Below, piece after piece: positions 1 to 13,174 of a stretch of DNA of 64,000 nt. The notes below the pieces were generated by a model. The model did no database searches. It was not told the DNA's origin and saw nothing but the letters and a program-made list of their open reading frames with translations. This stretch comes from Malacoraja senta (Eukaryota): positions 125,736,001 to 125,800,000 of the forward strand of contig CM075977.1 in the NCBI GenBank assembly GCA_038087875.1, written 5' to 3'. The first letter of the stretch is position 1. Every line of letters begins with the position of its first letter. The position numbers and the translations under genes were made by a program.

Positions 1-417
1 ATAGTACCTGCCTCGGGTAGCTCCTCTGACAGTTTGTTTCGTATTCCGACCAACCTCTGAATGAAAAAGTTGCCCATTGGGTTCCTATAAAATCCTGCCC
101 TCTCACTTAAACCTTTGTCCTGTGGTGTTTGATTCCCCTACCCTGCTTAATACACTCAGAGCATTTGTCCTATTTAATTCCCCTCATGATTCTATACACC
201 TCTAAGTTCACCCCTCAGCTTTCTGCGCTCTAATAAAGACCTACCCTGCCCAACTCAGCCCCTCAAATCCTAGCAACATCCTCATAAATATTCTCTGCCC
301 TCTTTCATAGCTTAATGACATCTTATAAGGTGACCAAAACTGACACTGTGCTCCAAATGTGACCTCACCAATAGTCCTGTAGAACTGTAACATAATGTCC
401 CAACTTCTCAACTCAAT
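1..417 (-). mobile_element. Degenerate CR1 LINE fragment (ORF2 3' part); continues at 1645-1860 after a DNA-transposon insertion
   Basis: Reverse-complement similarity to the CR1 ORF2 C-terminal region seen elsewhere in the window; flanks rejoin as ...actcaAT|acgctgcctaatgaagg. Confidence 0.75.
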
Positions 418-1644
418 AGGGAGGTTGCACGGCAGTGAGGTCACGACCCGTGACCCGTACTGTTGCCACGCAACGCCAACTGGAGTACACGCGATGAACT
501 GCAGGTAAGCATTTACCAAGGCTTACAATGTAACGGACCTGTTAAAAACTGCCGTAATTGTCCATTTTTGCCCTGTAAATAATTGTGGAAATCGGGGTAA
601 CCATGAGAGACATCTATCCTACTTCAGAATTCCAAAAGTGAGGAGAAATGATGGTAGAGAGAAGCGACAGCTGAAAGGACAACAACAGCTAAAGTGGTTG
701 GCGAATATTGTGCAGATATCAAGATTGAAAATATTGGGAATTATCGCGTTTGCTCACTGCATTTCATCAAAAGTAAGGCAAAAGTGTTTTTTCTTGATTA
801 CTTTGGTGTCTAAAAAGTTTCAGAAGTGATAAATCTGGCTGTAAAATTTAAAAATCGCCCATTGTTCTCAAGTGGGTTTTTACATCTGAAGCTAAATTTA
901 TCATTCAAAAAATCATTTTACAATTACATTTTATTCAGATGCAAGCCAAGGAATGGCATAATTGTTAGCTGTTAATCGGACATAATCAATCTCAGCAAAT
1001 TGACAATATCTTTGAAAGGGAGTGAGTGTTTAAGCTGTCAGGACATTTTATTATTTGCCAAAATATACATTTCAATAGCAAAATGATAGAAAACTTACTT
1101 TTCCACACACCACTCGTAAGTCTGGAGATTTTTTTAATGATAAATTTAGCTTCAGAAGCATTTTCTTTTTGCATGCACAAACCCACTTGAGAACCATGGC
1201 CGATTTAAAAATGTTACAGCCAGATTTATCACTTCTGAAACTTTTTAGATACCAAAGGAATCAAGAAAAAACACAAATAATGCCTTACTTTTGATGAAAT
1301 ACAGTGAGCAAACGCGATAATTCCCAATATTTTCAATCTTGTTATCTGCACGGCCAATGTTCACCAACCACTTTAGCTGTTGTCCCTTCAGGTGTTGCTT
1401 CTCTCCACCATCATTTCTCCTCACTTTTGGAATTCTGAAGTAGGATAGATGCCTCGCATGGTTACCACGATTTCCACAATTATTTACAGCGCAAAAATGG
1501 ACTATTTCGGCATTTTTTAACTGGTAAGAAAGTATGCGTTTCGTCTATTAACAGTGTATGCCGGAAGCTGCGATGTCCTCCACATGGATGAGCTGCTCCG
1601 TGCGTCACGCCCTTTGACCCGATGACCTTACGTGCAACCCCCCT
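418..1644. mobile_element. Non-autonomous foldback DNA transposon (ISL2EU/PIF-Harbinger-like) with THAP-domain remnants in both arms
   Basis: Termini AGGGAGGTTGCACG / CGTGCAACCCCCCT; 2-bp AT TSD (416-417, 1645-1646); ~340-bp internal inverted arms (~540-880 vs ~1180-1525) that translate to FCxVNNCGNR..YFRIPK..W..RVCSLHF. Confidence 0.75.
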
Positions 1645-1869
1645 ATACGCTGCCTAATGAAGGTCAATGTATCAAAAGCCTTCTTTGCCACCCTATCTAC
1701 CTGTGATGCTGCATTCAGATCCTTCTGCTGTGCAACACTCCACACAGTCATAACCATTCGCCATGAAGGTCCTGCCCTGGTTTAACTTCTCAAAATGCAG
1801 CTCTTTGCACTTATCTGTATTAACTCCATTGGGCATTCCTCAGCCCACTTACCCAGCTGATGAAGAGCC

Positions 1870-3158
1870 TGATGAAGAGTCAGCATGGATTTACGAAGGG
1901 GAAATCATGCTTGACTGATCTTCTGGAATTTTTTGAGGATGTAACTAGGAAAATGGACAAGGGAGAGCCAGTGGATGTAGTGTACCAGGACTTTCCGAAA
2001 GCATTTGATAAGGTCCCACATAGGAGATTATTGGGCAAAATTACGGCACATGGTATTGGGGGTAGAGTGCTGACATTGGTTGGCACACAGAAAACAGAGT
2101 AGGGATTAACGGGTCCATTTCAGAATGGCAGGCTGTGACCAGTGGGGTACCGTAAGGCTCGGTGCTGGGACCGCAGCTATTTATAATATACATCAATGAT
2201 TTAGATGAAGGGATTCAAAGTAACATTAGCAAATGTGCAGCTATGACACAAGCTGCGTGCCAGTGTGAACTGTGAGGAGGATGCTAAGAGAATGCAGGGT
2301 GGACTTGGATGTTGGGGAGTGGGCAGATGCATGGCAGATGCAGTTTAAAGTGGATAAATGTGAGGTTATCCACTTTGGTAGCAAAACAGGAAGGCAGATT
2401 ATTATCTAAATGGTGTCAAGTTGGGAAAAGGGAAGTACAACGGGATCTGGGGGTCCTTGTTCATCAGTCAATGAAAGTAAGCATGCAGGTACAGCAGGCA
2501 GTGAAGAAAGCGAATGGCCATAACAAGAGGAGTTGAGTATAGGAACAAAGAGGCCCTTCTGCAGTTCTACAGGGTCCTAGTGAGACCGCACCTGGAGTAT
2601 TGTGTACAGTTATGGTCTTCTAATTTGAAGAAGGACATTCTTGCTATTGAGGGAGTGCAGCGTAGATTTACAAGGTTAATTCCCGGGGTGGCGGAACTGT
2701 CATATGCTGAGAGAATGAAGCAGCTGGGCTTGTATACTCTGGAATTTAGAAGGATGAGAGGGAATCTTATTGAAAAATTATATAAGATAATTAAGGGTTT
2801 GGATACGCTACAGGCAGGAAACATGTTCCCGTTGCTGGGGGAGTCCAGAACTAGGGGCCACAGTTTAAGAATAAGGGGTAAGCCAATTAGAACGGAGATG
2901 AGGAAACAATTTTTCACACGGAGTTGTGAGTCTGTGGAATTCTCTGCCTCAGAGGCGGTGGAGGGCGGTTCTCTGGATACTTTCAAGAGAGAGCTAGATA
3001 GGGCTCATAAAGATAACGGAGTTGGGAGATATGGGGAGAAGTCAGGAACGGGGTACTGATTGTGGATGATCAGCCATGATAACATTGAATGGCAGTGCTG
3101 GCTCGAAGGACCGAATGGCCTACTCCTGCACCTATTGTCTATTATCTATTGTCTATTG
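1870..3158 (+). mobile_element. 5'-truncated CR1 LINE (RT region, frameshifted) with (ATTGTCT)n tail
   Basis: ORF pieces QHGFTKGKSC, AFDKVPH, RPHLEYCVQ; tail repeat at ~3134-3158. Confidence 0.92.
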
Positions 3159-3190
3159 ATAACAGTCTTCATTGTCCAGGATTCCACTTA

Positions 3191-3506
3191 TGGCCCTGTC
3201 CCACGATGCGAGTTCATTCAAGAGCTCTCCCGAGTAAAAAAAAAAATCAAACTCGTGGTAAGCACGGAGAATGAACATAGCGGGTACGTCGGAGCTCGGG
3301 GACATCTCTTAGCGGCTCGTAACGCTAACGGCAGGTACTCGGGAAGACTCGCTAATGGCAAGTAAGCCCGGGAAGACTCGTGAAGATTTTTCAACATGCT
3401 GAAAAATGTCCACAAGAGCCTCGAGTACCGACGAGCAGCCATTACCGTAAATCAGGGCAAACTCGGGAGAACTCTTTGAATGAACTCGTACAGTGGGACA
3501 GGGCTT
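3191..3506. mobile_element. PIF/Harbinger-type MITE
   Basis: TIR GCCCTGTCCCAC; TTA on both sides; same family as 49261-49591 in opposite orientation. Confidence 0.8.
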
Positions 3507-4177
3507 TTACTGTAGTGTCATCTGCAAACTTATTAATCATGCCTTATACATTCTCATGCAAATGAGAATTGATTCATTCAATTTGCATGTTATCAGCAGA
3601 CTGGGCATTTAGCCAAACATCAAAACATTTCCAAGCTACTAAAAATTAATCCTGTTAAAAATTTAAAACATGAGATTGGAAAGTTCTGAATGAAGAATAA
3701 TTTATCACAATATTGACTTGGATGTGAATGTGCATGAACCTTTAATGATTCTCCATGGTTGCAAATCTAAATCGGATAAAAACAATATTATGATTGAGTG
3801 TCAGTGCAGTTCAATATAAAATTTGAGGAAAAAGCTAATTTGTCTGATTTCATTTGAATACTGTGCTGTCAACTCACGGGATATTTATTGGAGATCTTGG
3901 AAACTGTTCAGTGGAGGGCTCTTAAAGTTAATTGAAATAATGCATCTTAAGGCATTTAGATGAAGAAGGGAAAATTGCATAAGCATAGAATAGTCAACCA
4001 AAGGGTAAGATGCTGCTTGGTCACAAAGTGAATTTTCTATAAATAAAGGGAAAGGAAAATATTAAATGCTGGTAGGCAGTGTCTAGCTTCTGAATTTCAT
4101 ACTGAAGGTTGAGGAGGAATTTCCTGGTGGGGGGTTGGGGTGGAGGGAGCTGAAACAATCCAACCTTTCCTTGCAGC

Positions 4178-4271
4178 TAGACACAAAATACTGGAGTAAC
4201 TCAGTGGTACAGGCAGCATCTCTGGAGAGAAGGGATGGGTGACGTTTCAAGTCAAGACCCTTCTTCAGACT
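4178..4271 (-). repeat. Penelope-derived short repeat with degenerate hammerhead-like core
   Basis: Matches the ends of the GIY-YIG-bearing element at 61591-62993. Confidence 0.7.
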
Positions 4272-4699
4272 TATAGCTCGTACTCTCTAATCCTGGCACT
4301 AATTAAAGGAAATGATATCAAATTTAAATGGTGAATGGTGCCAGTCCTGTAGAAAATAACTGAAAATGATTTTGTTATTCGAATGAGCCTTCATTAAGAT
4401 AAAAGGGCACAAAGGTAAAATTACTTGCTTTTCATATTAGCTGAAAGCATTAAATATTTTTATGTGAAATATTCAAGTTTATATAGCTTTAGTTTTTGCC
4501 TTTTAAAGATTTATTTTTGATACTCATGATTGTCATTTTGGTCAAATTATTTTTATATATGATGGGGTAGATTCACAGTTCGTAATATGCTCTGGTGTTA
4601 TTTGTACTCCAGTTAATATTTCTCGAATCTGATATAAATTAATTTATCAAAACATTTTAGTAAATGTAAACTTTTTGGGAGTCCTGCATCAGCACTCCC

Positions 4700-4895
4700 T
4701 GTATAAAGTACTAGTGACACTGTCATAAAACTTCATAATAAGTACTTTAATAAGACTGCATACAGGAACCAAATACATAGGTACTGTAGGCTCGAAGTCG
4801 TAGCTGGCATGGTGGAAACCCGACATGGATTATGGATCGAGTCAGCAATAGCAAAACCAGACATGGATCAAATCAGCAATAGTGATTGATCTACA
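4700..4895 (-). repeat. Gypsy 3' LTR
   Basis: Direct repeat of 15358-15373 plus 16441-16658; adjacent to the polypurine tract. Confidence 0.9.
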
Positions 4896-4906
4896 TCCTC
4901 CTCCTT
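4896..4906 (-). other. Polypurine tract of the Gypsy element
   Basis: AAGGAGGAGGA immediately 5' of the TGTAGATC LTR start on the minus strand. Confidence 0.85.
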
Positions 4907-6721
4907 AGGCTTTTGCCCATAAGCTAAATACAAGCATGTAAAGACATAATAAATAAGAATATAAAGTTAACTATCATCTACAGTGGAACAGCAGAGGATG
5001 CAATATGAGTAATATCAGTTATAGTTAGTTAGAGTCCAGCATCTGCCTCTAGACAAAGTCTCTGTATCTTATCACAGGCTTGCAGACCTGTCCTGCACGC
5101 GTTCGTTACAGCCCCTCAGCAGTACTCTTTACAGGTGATGCCGCCATAGGTACAACTTTCACTGGGAGTTTCTTAGCAGGCGATGACTCAACCAGCACAG
5201 GTTTCACAGGGGACTTCTTCACAGGCCTTACAGGAGATTTTACCATTAGCACCAGCCCCACTGGCAGTTCTTTCACAGGTGTAGAGACAAAGTCCCAGAA
5301 CCGCTCACGGTCTGCTGTCACATGTCCATCGTTTAAACAATTGTATCCATCCTTTGTTCAAAACACATCATCTGGGTCATCCGCACAATCGTATCGAACT
5401 TGCTGCGATGGCACCGGCTCATTCACTGGTAGAATATGTCTTTGGTTACATCTGTAGAGACCTTCATCCGATTGAATCAAAGAGGACCTTGGTTCCGGGC
5501 ACACCTCTTTGACTGTGGCCATGTGGTCATAGCCTTTCTGGGTCTGTAGTCGGACAGCCTGCCCCTCCATCAGCGGTTGGAGTGGACGACTGGAACGGTC
5601 GTAATACGCCTTTTGCGTCAGTCTTTTATGTTGCAACTGTGCCTGAACTACCTGAGACTCGTAGACTTGTGGCTGAAGCAGGTGTCTTGAGACAGGAAGA
5701 GTGGTTTGGGTCTGTCTGGACATTAGTCCCTGAGCTGGCGAACCGAGTGGGATCGCGTGGAATATTGCGGAGATTGAGAAGATCTAAAAATAAGTCAGAC
5801 CCGGCTCTGCTGGACTTCTCCATGACCTCCTTAGCACTGCGGACAGCCCACTCAGCCAGTCCGTTCGACTGGGAATACTCCGGACTGCTGGCGATGTGCT
5901 TAAAGTCCCATTCTCTCGCAAAGTCCTTAAAACGCTGGCTCGTGAATTGTCCACCATTATCGGACAAGAGGGAGCGAGGCGCCCCATGGACTGAGAAGTG
6001 TCTTGCAAGTTTCTTGATGACGGCAGCAGAAGAGGTTGTGCGGAGCAAGTCGATCTCGAACCACCCGGAGTAAGAGTATACCAGGACCAAGTATTGATTG
6101 CCGATCTAGTCAAAGATGTCGGTAGCCACGGTGGACCACGGCAGGTCAGGAACAGGGTGCTGCAAAAGAGGTTATTTCTGTTGATGCGGCATCATGCTGT
6201 TGCACACAGCACAAGACTACACCCTCTGGCGTATGTAATCCAACATAACAGGCCAGAAAAACATGCTCTTTGCTCATTGTACGGTTGCCTCGGAACCAGG
6301 ATGTCCTCTGTGTATGGCGTCAAAGTACTCCTGTTGGAGCGAAGCCGGGATCACTGCCTTGTGGCCCTTCTTGATGACTCCATTTTCAATGGCAAGTTCA
6401 TCTCGGACAGGAAAGTAGGGCTGAACAGTAGGCGGAAGCAAATTCTGCTTGCCAGGCCATCCGTGATTGATGACTGAGGTGAGTATCTGCTGAGAGGCAT
6501 CCTCTGCCGTGCGAGCCACCAAAGTATCCAGACGGGAAGGACAAATAAATTTGACTGTTATAATGTCAAAAGTGTTAATTTCAGCTGTGTGCTGGACATT
6601 TGTCCTGCTGGGAGGGCGAGATAAAGTGTCAGCCTAATACATGTGCTTTCCCTGTTTGTAAATGAGAGTGATATCGTACTTCTGGAACTGCAGCATCTTT
6701 CTTTGCAGCCTCGCTGGAGCA

Positions 6722-8692
6722 TAGAAACATAGAAACATAGAAAGTAGGTGCGAGAGTAGACCACCAGGCCCATCGAGCCCGCACCGACATTCGCTCATGG
6801 CTGAACACCAAACAGACACCCTTACCCACAAACAGTAGACACAAGACACAGAACACAAGACACTACCCTCCCCTTTATACCGCTATCACCCCTCTCCACC
6901 CCAAGAACCGCGTGATCTCCTGGGGGAGGCAAAAAACCGGATAAAAACCCAGGTCCAATTCGGGAAAAAAATCCGGGAAATTCCTCTCCGACCCCAATCC
7001 AGGCGATCGACACTTGTCCTGGAGATCACTCAGATCTTACTATACTAACCATACCTAGGTCCATATCCCTGCCCTCTCCCCGTAGCCCCTTATCCCCTTG
7101 GCAGCTAAAAAACCATCTATTTTAGACTTAAATATATTTAATGTTTCTGCTTCCACTGCTCCCTGGTGCAGTGAATTCCATAAATTAACCACCCTCTGGG
7201 TGAAGAAGTTCTTCCTCATCTCAGTTTTAAAAGAGCCCCCCCTTATTCTACAACTATGTCCCCTAGTTCTAGTTTCCCCGATCATTGGGAACATCCTCGG
7301 TGCATCCACCCGATCAAGGCCCCTCACGATCTTATATGTTTCAATGAGATCGCCTCTCATTCTTCTAAACTCCAAAGAGTAGAGTTCCAGCCTACTTAAC
7401 CTTTCCTCATATGTCAATCCCCTCATTGCAGGAATTAATCTTGTAAACCTTCGCTGCACTGCCTCCAGGGCCAGTACATCCTTTCTTAAGTATGGACCCC
7501 AGAACTGTACACAGTATTCCAAATGTGGTCTCACTAATACTGTGTACAGCTGCAGCAAGACCTCCGTGTTTTTATACTCAATCCCCCTAGCAATAAAGGC
7601 CAAAACTCCATTGGCCTTCCTGATTGCTTGCTGCACCTGCATACTAACTTTTAGTGATTCATGTACTACTACCCCTAGATCCCTTTGCGTTGCATTACAA
7701 CGCAGCTCCACCTCATTTAGAAAATAACTTGCCCTATCATTTTTTTTCCCAAAGTGAATGACTTCACATTTATTAGTATTAAATTTCATCTGCCAAGTTG
7801 TTGCCCACTCACCTAGCTTATCTATATCCTTTTGCAAACTCTTCCTATCCTCCTCATCCCCTACTTTTCCTCCCATTTTTGTATCGTCCGCAAATTTTGA
7901 TATATTACACTTGGTTCCCTCCTCCAAATCATTTATATAAATTGTGAACAACTGGGGTCCCAGCACCGACCCTTGCGGAACCCCGCTAGTTACCGGTTGC
8001 CATCCCGAGTATGAACCATTTATCCCCACTCTCTGCTTCCTATTTGTTAGCCAATCCTCTACCCATGCTAATATATTACCCCCAATCCCATAATTTTTTA
8101 TTTTTAGCAATAGTCTCTTATGTGGCACCTTGTCAAAAGCCTTTTGGAAGTCCAAGTATACCACATCCACCGGTTCCCCTTTATCCACCCGGGTTGTTAC
8201 TTCCTCAAAGAATTCGAGCAGATTCGTTAAACAGGACTTCCCCTTCACAAAACCATGCTGGTTCTGTCCGATGAAGTCATGTTTATCCAAGTGCCCCGTT
8301 AGTGTTTCTTTAATAATTGTCTCTAACATTTTACCCACCACCGATGTTAGACTAACCGGTCTATAGTTACCCGCCTTCTGTTTACTTCCTTTTTTAAATA
8401 TAGGTGTTACATTGGCCATTTTCCAATCCACTGGGACCGTTCCTGCCTCCAGGGAGTTTTGGAAAATTATCACCAATGCATCCACAATCCCCACCGCTAT
8501 CTCCCTCAAGACCCTTGGATGTAATCCATCAGGCCCAGGGGATTTATCCTCCTTCAGTCTCATTAATTTCCCTAATACCACCTCCTTGGTGATCTTAATA
8601 GTATTTAGCTCCTCCATTCCTACCGCCCCCTGTTTATCCAGCGTTGGAATATTTTTTGTGTCTTCTATGGTGAAGACTGATACAAAATACTC
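6722..8692 (-). mobile_element. Young 5'-truncated CR1 LINE with open RT frame (7055-8692) inserted in Gypsy RNase H
   Basis: Uninterrupted ~545-aa RT/C-terminal ORF; (GTTTCTAT)n tail; TSD GAGCA (6717-6721, 8693-8697); removing it restores NKPIHAA|PARLQR. Confidence 0.95.
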
Positions 8693-10133
8693 GAGCAGCA
8701 TGTATAGGCTTGTTTAAAATGGTGACGAAAGGCTGGTGGTCAGTCTCAATGGTTACAGCCTTACCAAAGATGTAATAGTTGAATTTGACACATGCAAAGG
8801 CCACCGCCAGCAATTCCTTCTCGATCTGAGCATACCTCGTCTCCGTGTCCATCATTGTTCTAGTAGCGTAGGAAACAGGCTTGCCATCCAGCGGGCACGC
8901 TGCACCGAGGCTGTACTGGGATGCGTCGCAGGTCAAAGTGACAGGCTGATTGACATCGAAATAAACCAGAGTAGGGGGGCACAATATCTGTTGTTTGAGT
9001 GTGTAAAAAGCACGTTGCTGTTGTTCGTGCCACGTCCAGGCAGTGTCTTTGTGAGTAAGCTGTCGTAGGGGAGCCAAGAGCTCGCTGAAGTTGGGAGTGA
9101 ACTTCCCGAGGTAATTAACCATGCCCAGAAATCTCTGCAGGCTGGCAACATCTGTTGGCGCTGACATCTCGCTGATAGCTGTAGTCTTGGAAGGATCTGC
9201 TTTGAGGCCGTCACTTGTGAAAACATGACCCACGTAGCTCATCTAGTTAACACAGAACCGACACTTGTGGGGATTGAGTTTCAAGTTCACTTCCCAGGCA
9301 TGCTCGAGCACTTTAAATTCGCATCATGCTGTTCCATGTCTTTGCCGGTAACAATAATGTTGTCTACGATGATTGCACAAGGGAATCTATCAAAGAGTTG
9401 TTCCATAGAACGCTGAAACACCTCACTGGCCGAGTTGATACCGAACGGCATCCGCAAGAATCTGTAGCGGCCGAAAGCGGTGCTGAAGGTGGTAAGCATA
9501 GATGATGCATGATCCAGGGGGATTTGCCAGAAGAAGCTCTTGGTGTCTAACACAGAGAATACTGCTGCCTTACCCATGTTGGCAGCTACCTCCTCCATGG
9601 TACGCATGAGGTGATGGGGCCTTTTGAGTGTGGTGTTTAGGTCCCTGGGATTGATACAAATGCGAATCTCCTGCTTGTTCTTCGTGGCAGTTACCATTGA
9701 GGATACCCAGTCAGTGGGTTGCGAAACAGGTATATTGACTCCCAGTGCTTCCTTTCTGTCCAGTTCGGCTTTGACCGGGTCTCGCATGGCATTGGGTACA
9801 CGGTGAGCAGGACGAGCCATGGGTCTTACCTCTTACATAGAATACGTAATCGGTAGCTTACCAAGCTCCTCGGTGAAAAGATCATGATAGTCTGTGAGAA
9901 TACGCTGTGTTGAATCAGGAGCTGGAGTTCGTTGATGCACAGCCTTGCTGAAGGAAACCAGTCCTATAACTTTGCAGACATCATAGCCCAAAAGTGGTAC
10001 AACCTTGCTGTCGACGACATATAACTCCAGCTTGTATAGAAACATAGAAACATAGAAATTAGGTGCAGGAGTAGGCCATTCGGCCCTTCGAGCCTGCACC
10101 GCCATTCAATATGATCATGGCTGATCATCCAAC

Positions 10134-13100
10134 TCAGTATCCCGTACCTGCCTTCTCTCCATACCCTCTGATCCCTTTAGCCACAAGGGCCACATCTAGC
10201 TCCCTCTTAAATATAACCAATGAACTGGCCTCGACTACCCTCTGTGGCAGAGAGTTCCAGAGATTCACCACTCTCTGTGTGAAAAAAGTTCTTCTCATCT
10301 CGGTTTTAAAGGATTTCCCCCTTATCCTTAAGCTGTGACCCCTTGTCCTGGACTTCCCCAACATCGGGAGCAATCTTCCTGCATCTAGCCTGTCCAACCC
10401 CTTAAGAATTTTGTAAGTTTCTATAAGATCCCCTCTCAATCTCCTAAATTCTAGAGAGTATAAACCAAGTCTATCCAGTCTTTCTTCATAAGACAGTCCT
10501 GACATCCCAGGAATCAGTCTGGTGAACCTTCTCTGCACTCCCTCTATGGCAATAATGTCCTTCCTCAGATTTGGAGACCAAAACTGTACGCAATACTCCA
10601 GGTGTGGTCTCACCAAGACCCTGTACAACTGCAGTAGAACCTCCCTGCTCCTATACTCAAATCCTTTTGCTATGAAAGCTAACATACCATTCGCTTTCTT
10701 CTCTGCCTGCTGCACCTGCATGCCTACTTTCAATGACTGGTGTACCATGACACCCAGGTCTCGCTGCATCTCCCCTTTTCCTAGTCGGCCACCATTTAGA
10801 AAATAGTCTGCTTTCCTGTTTTTGCCACCAAAATGGATAACCTCACATTTATCCACATTATACTGCATCTGCCAAACATTTGCCCACTCACCCAGCCTAT
10901 CCAAGTCACCTTGCAGTCTCCTAGCATCCTCCTCACAGCTAACACTGCCCCCCAGCTTAGTGTCATCCGCAAACTTGGAGATATTGCCTTCAATTCCCTC
11001 ATCCAGGTCATTAATATATATTGTAAATAGCTGGGGTCCCAGCACTGAGCCTTGCGGTACCCCACTAGTCACTGCCTGCCATTGTGAAAAGGACCCGTTT
11101 ACTCCTACTCTTTGCTTCCTGTTTGCCAGCCAGTTCTCTATCCACATCAATACTGAACCCCCAATGCCATGTGCTTTAAGTTTGTATACTAATCTCTTAT
11201 GTGGGACCTTGTCGAAAGCCTTCTGGAAGTCCAGATACACCACATCCACTGGTTCTCCCCTATCCACGCTACTAGTTACATCCTCGAAAAATTCTATAAG
11301 ATTCGTCAGACATGATTTACCTTTCGTAAATCCATGCTGACTTTGTCCAATGATTTCACCACTTTCCAAATGTGCTGCTATCCCATCTTTAATAACTGAC
11401 TCTAGCAGTTTCCCCACTACCGATGTTAGACTAACTGGTCTGTAATTCCCCGTTTTCTCTCTCCCTCCCTTCTTAAAAAGTGGGGTTACGTTTGCTACCC
11501 GCCAATCCTCAGGAACTACTCCAGAATCTAAAGAATTTTGAAAGATTATTACTAATGCATCCACTATTTCTGGAGCTACTTCCTTAAGTACTCTGGGATG
11601 CAGCCTATCTGGCCCTGGGGATTTATCGGCCTTTAATCCATTCAATTTACCCAAAACCACTTCCCGACTAACCTGGATTTCACTCAATTCCTCCAACTCC
11701 TTTGACCCGCGGTCCCCTGCTATTTCCGGCAGATTATTTATGTCTTCCTTAGTGAAGACGGAACCAAAGTAGTTATTCAATTGGTCCGCCATATCCTTGT
11801 TCCCCATGATCAACTCACCTGTTTCTGACTGCAAGGGACCTACATTTGTTTTAACTAATCTCTTTCTTTTTACATATTTATAAAAACTTTTGCAGTCAGT
11901 TTTTATGTTCCCTGCCAGTTTTCTTTCATAATCTATTTTTCCTTTCCTAATTAAGCCCTTTGTCCTCCTCTGCTGGTCTCTGAATTTCTCCCAGTCCTCT
12001 GGTATGCTGCTTTTTCTGGCTAATTTGTACGCATCATCTTTCGCTTTGATACCATCCCTGATTTCCCTTGTTATCCACGGATGCACTACCTTCCCTGATT
12101 TATTCTTTTGCCAAACTGGGATGAACAATTTTTGTAGTTCATCCATGCAGTCTTTAAATGTCTTCCATTGCATGTCCACCGTCAACCTTTTAGAATTAAT
12201 TGCCAGTCAATCATGGCCAATTCATGTCTCATACCCTCAAAGTTACCTTTCTTTAAGTTCAGAACCATTGTTTCTGAATTAACAATGTCACTCTCCATCC
12301 TAATGAAGAACTCAACCATATTATGGTCACTCTTGCCCAAGGGGGCACGTACAACAAGACTGCTAACTAACCCTTCCTCATTACTCAATACCCAGTCTAA
12401 AATAGCCTGCTCTCTCGTTGGTTCCTCTACATGTTGATTTAGATAACTATCCCGCATACATTCCAAGAAATCCTCTTCCTCAGCACCCCTGCCAATTTGA
12501 TTCACCCAATCTATATGTAGATTGAAGTCACCCATTATAACTGTTTTGCCTTTGTCGCACGCATTTCTAATTTCCTGTTTGATACCATCTCCAAGTTCAC
12601 TACTACTGCTAGGTGGCCTGTACACAACACCCACCAGCGTTTTCTGCCCCTTAGTGTTTCGCAGCTCTACCCATACCGATTCCACATCCTCGAACCTAAT
12701 GTCCTTCCTTTCCATTGCGTTAATCTCCTCTCTAATCATCAATGCTACCCCACCTCCTTTTCCTTTCTCTCTATCCCTCCTGAATATTGAATATCCCCGG
12801 ATGTTCAGCTCCCAGCTTTGGTCACCCTGGAGCCATGTCTCCGTGATCCCAACTATATCATAGTCATTGATAGCTATCTGCACATTCAACTCATCCACCT
12901 TATTACGAATGCTCCTTGCATTGAGACACAAAGCCTTCAGGCTTGTTTTTACAACACTCTTACCCCTTATACAATTATGTTGAAAAGTGGCCCTTTTTGA
13001 TTTTTGCCCTGGTTTTGTCTGTCTTCCACTTTTACTTTTCACCTTGCTACCTATTGCTTCTACCCTCATTTTACACTCCTCTGTCTCTACGCTCACACAT

Positions 13101-13174
13101 TTAAGAAACCCTTTCCCTTTAACTCCATCCTCCACTATCCCATTCGACACCCCACCCTCCTTATTCAGTTTAAA
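10134..13174 (-). pseudogene. CR1 ORF2 (APE endonuclease + reverse transcriptase) broken by one 1-nt deletion near 12185
   Basis: NARSI, ITETWL, GDFN and SDH endonuclease motifs; GVPQGSVLGP and FADD RT motifs; the two ORFs join as ILKG|LTVDMQW if one base is restored. Confidence 0.92.
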
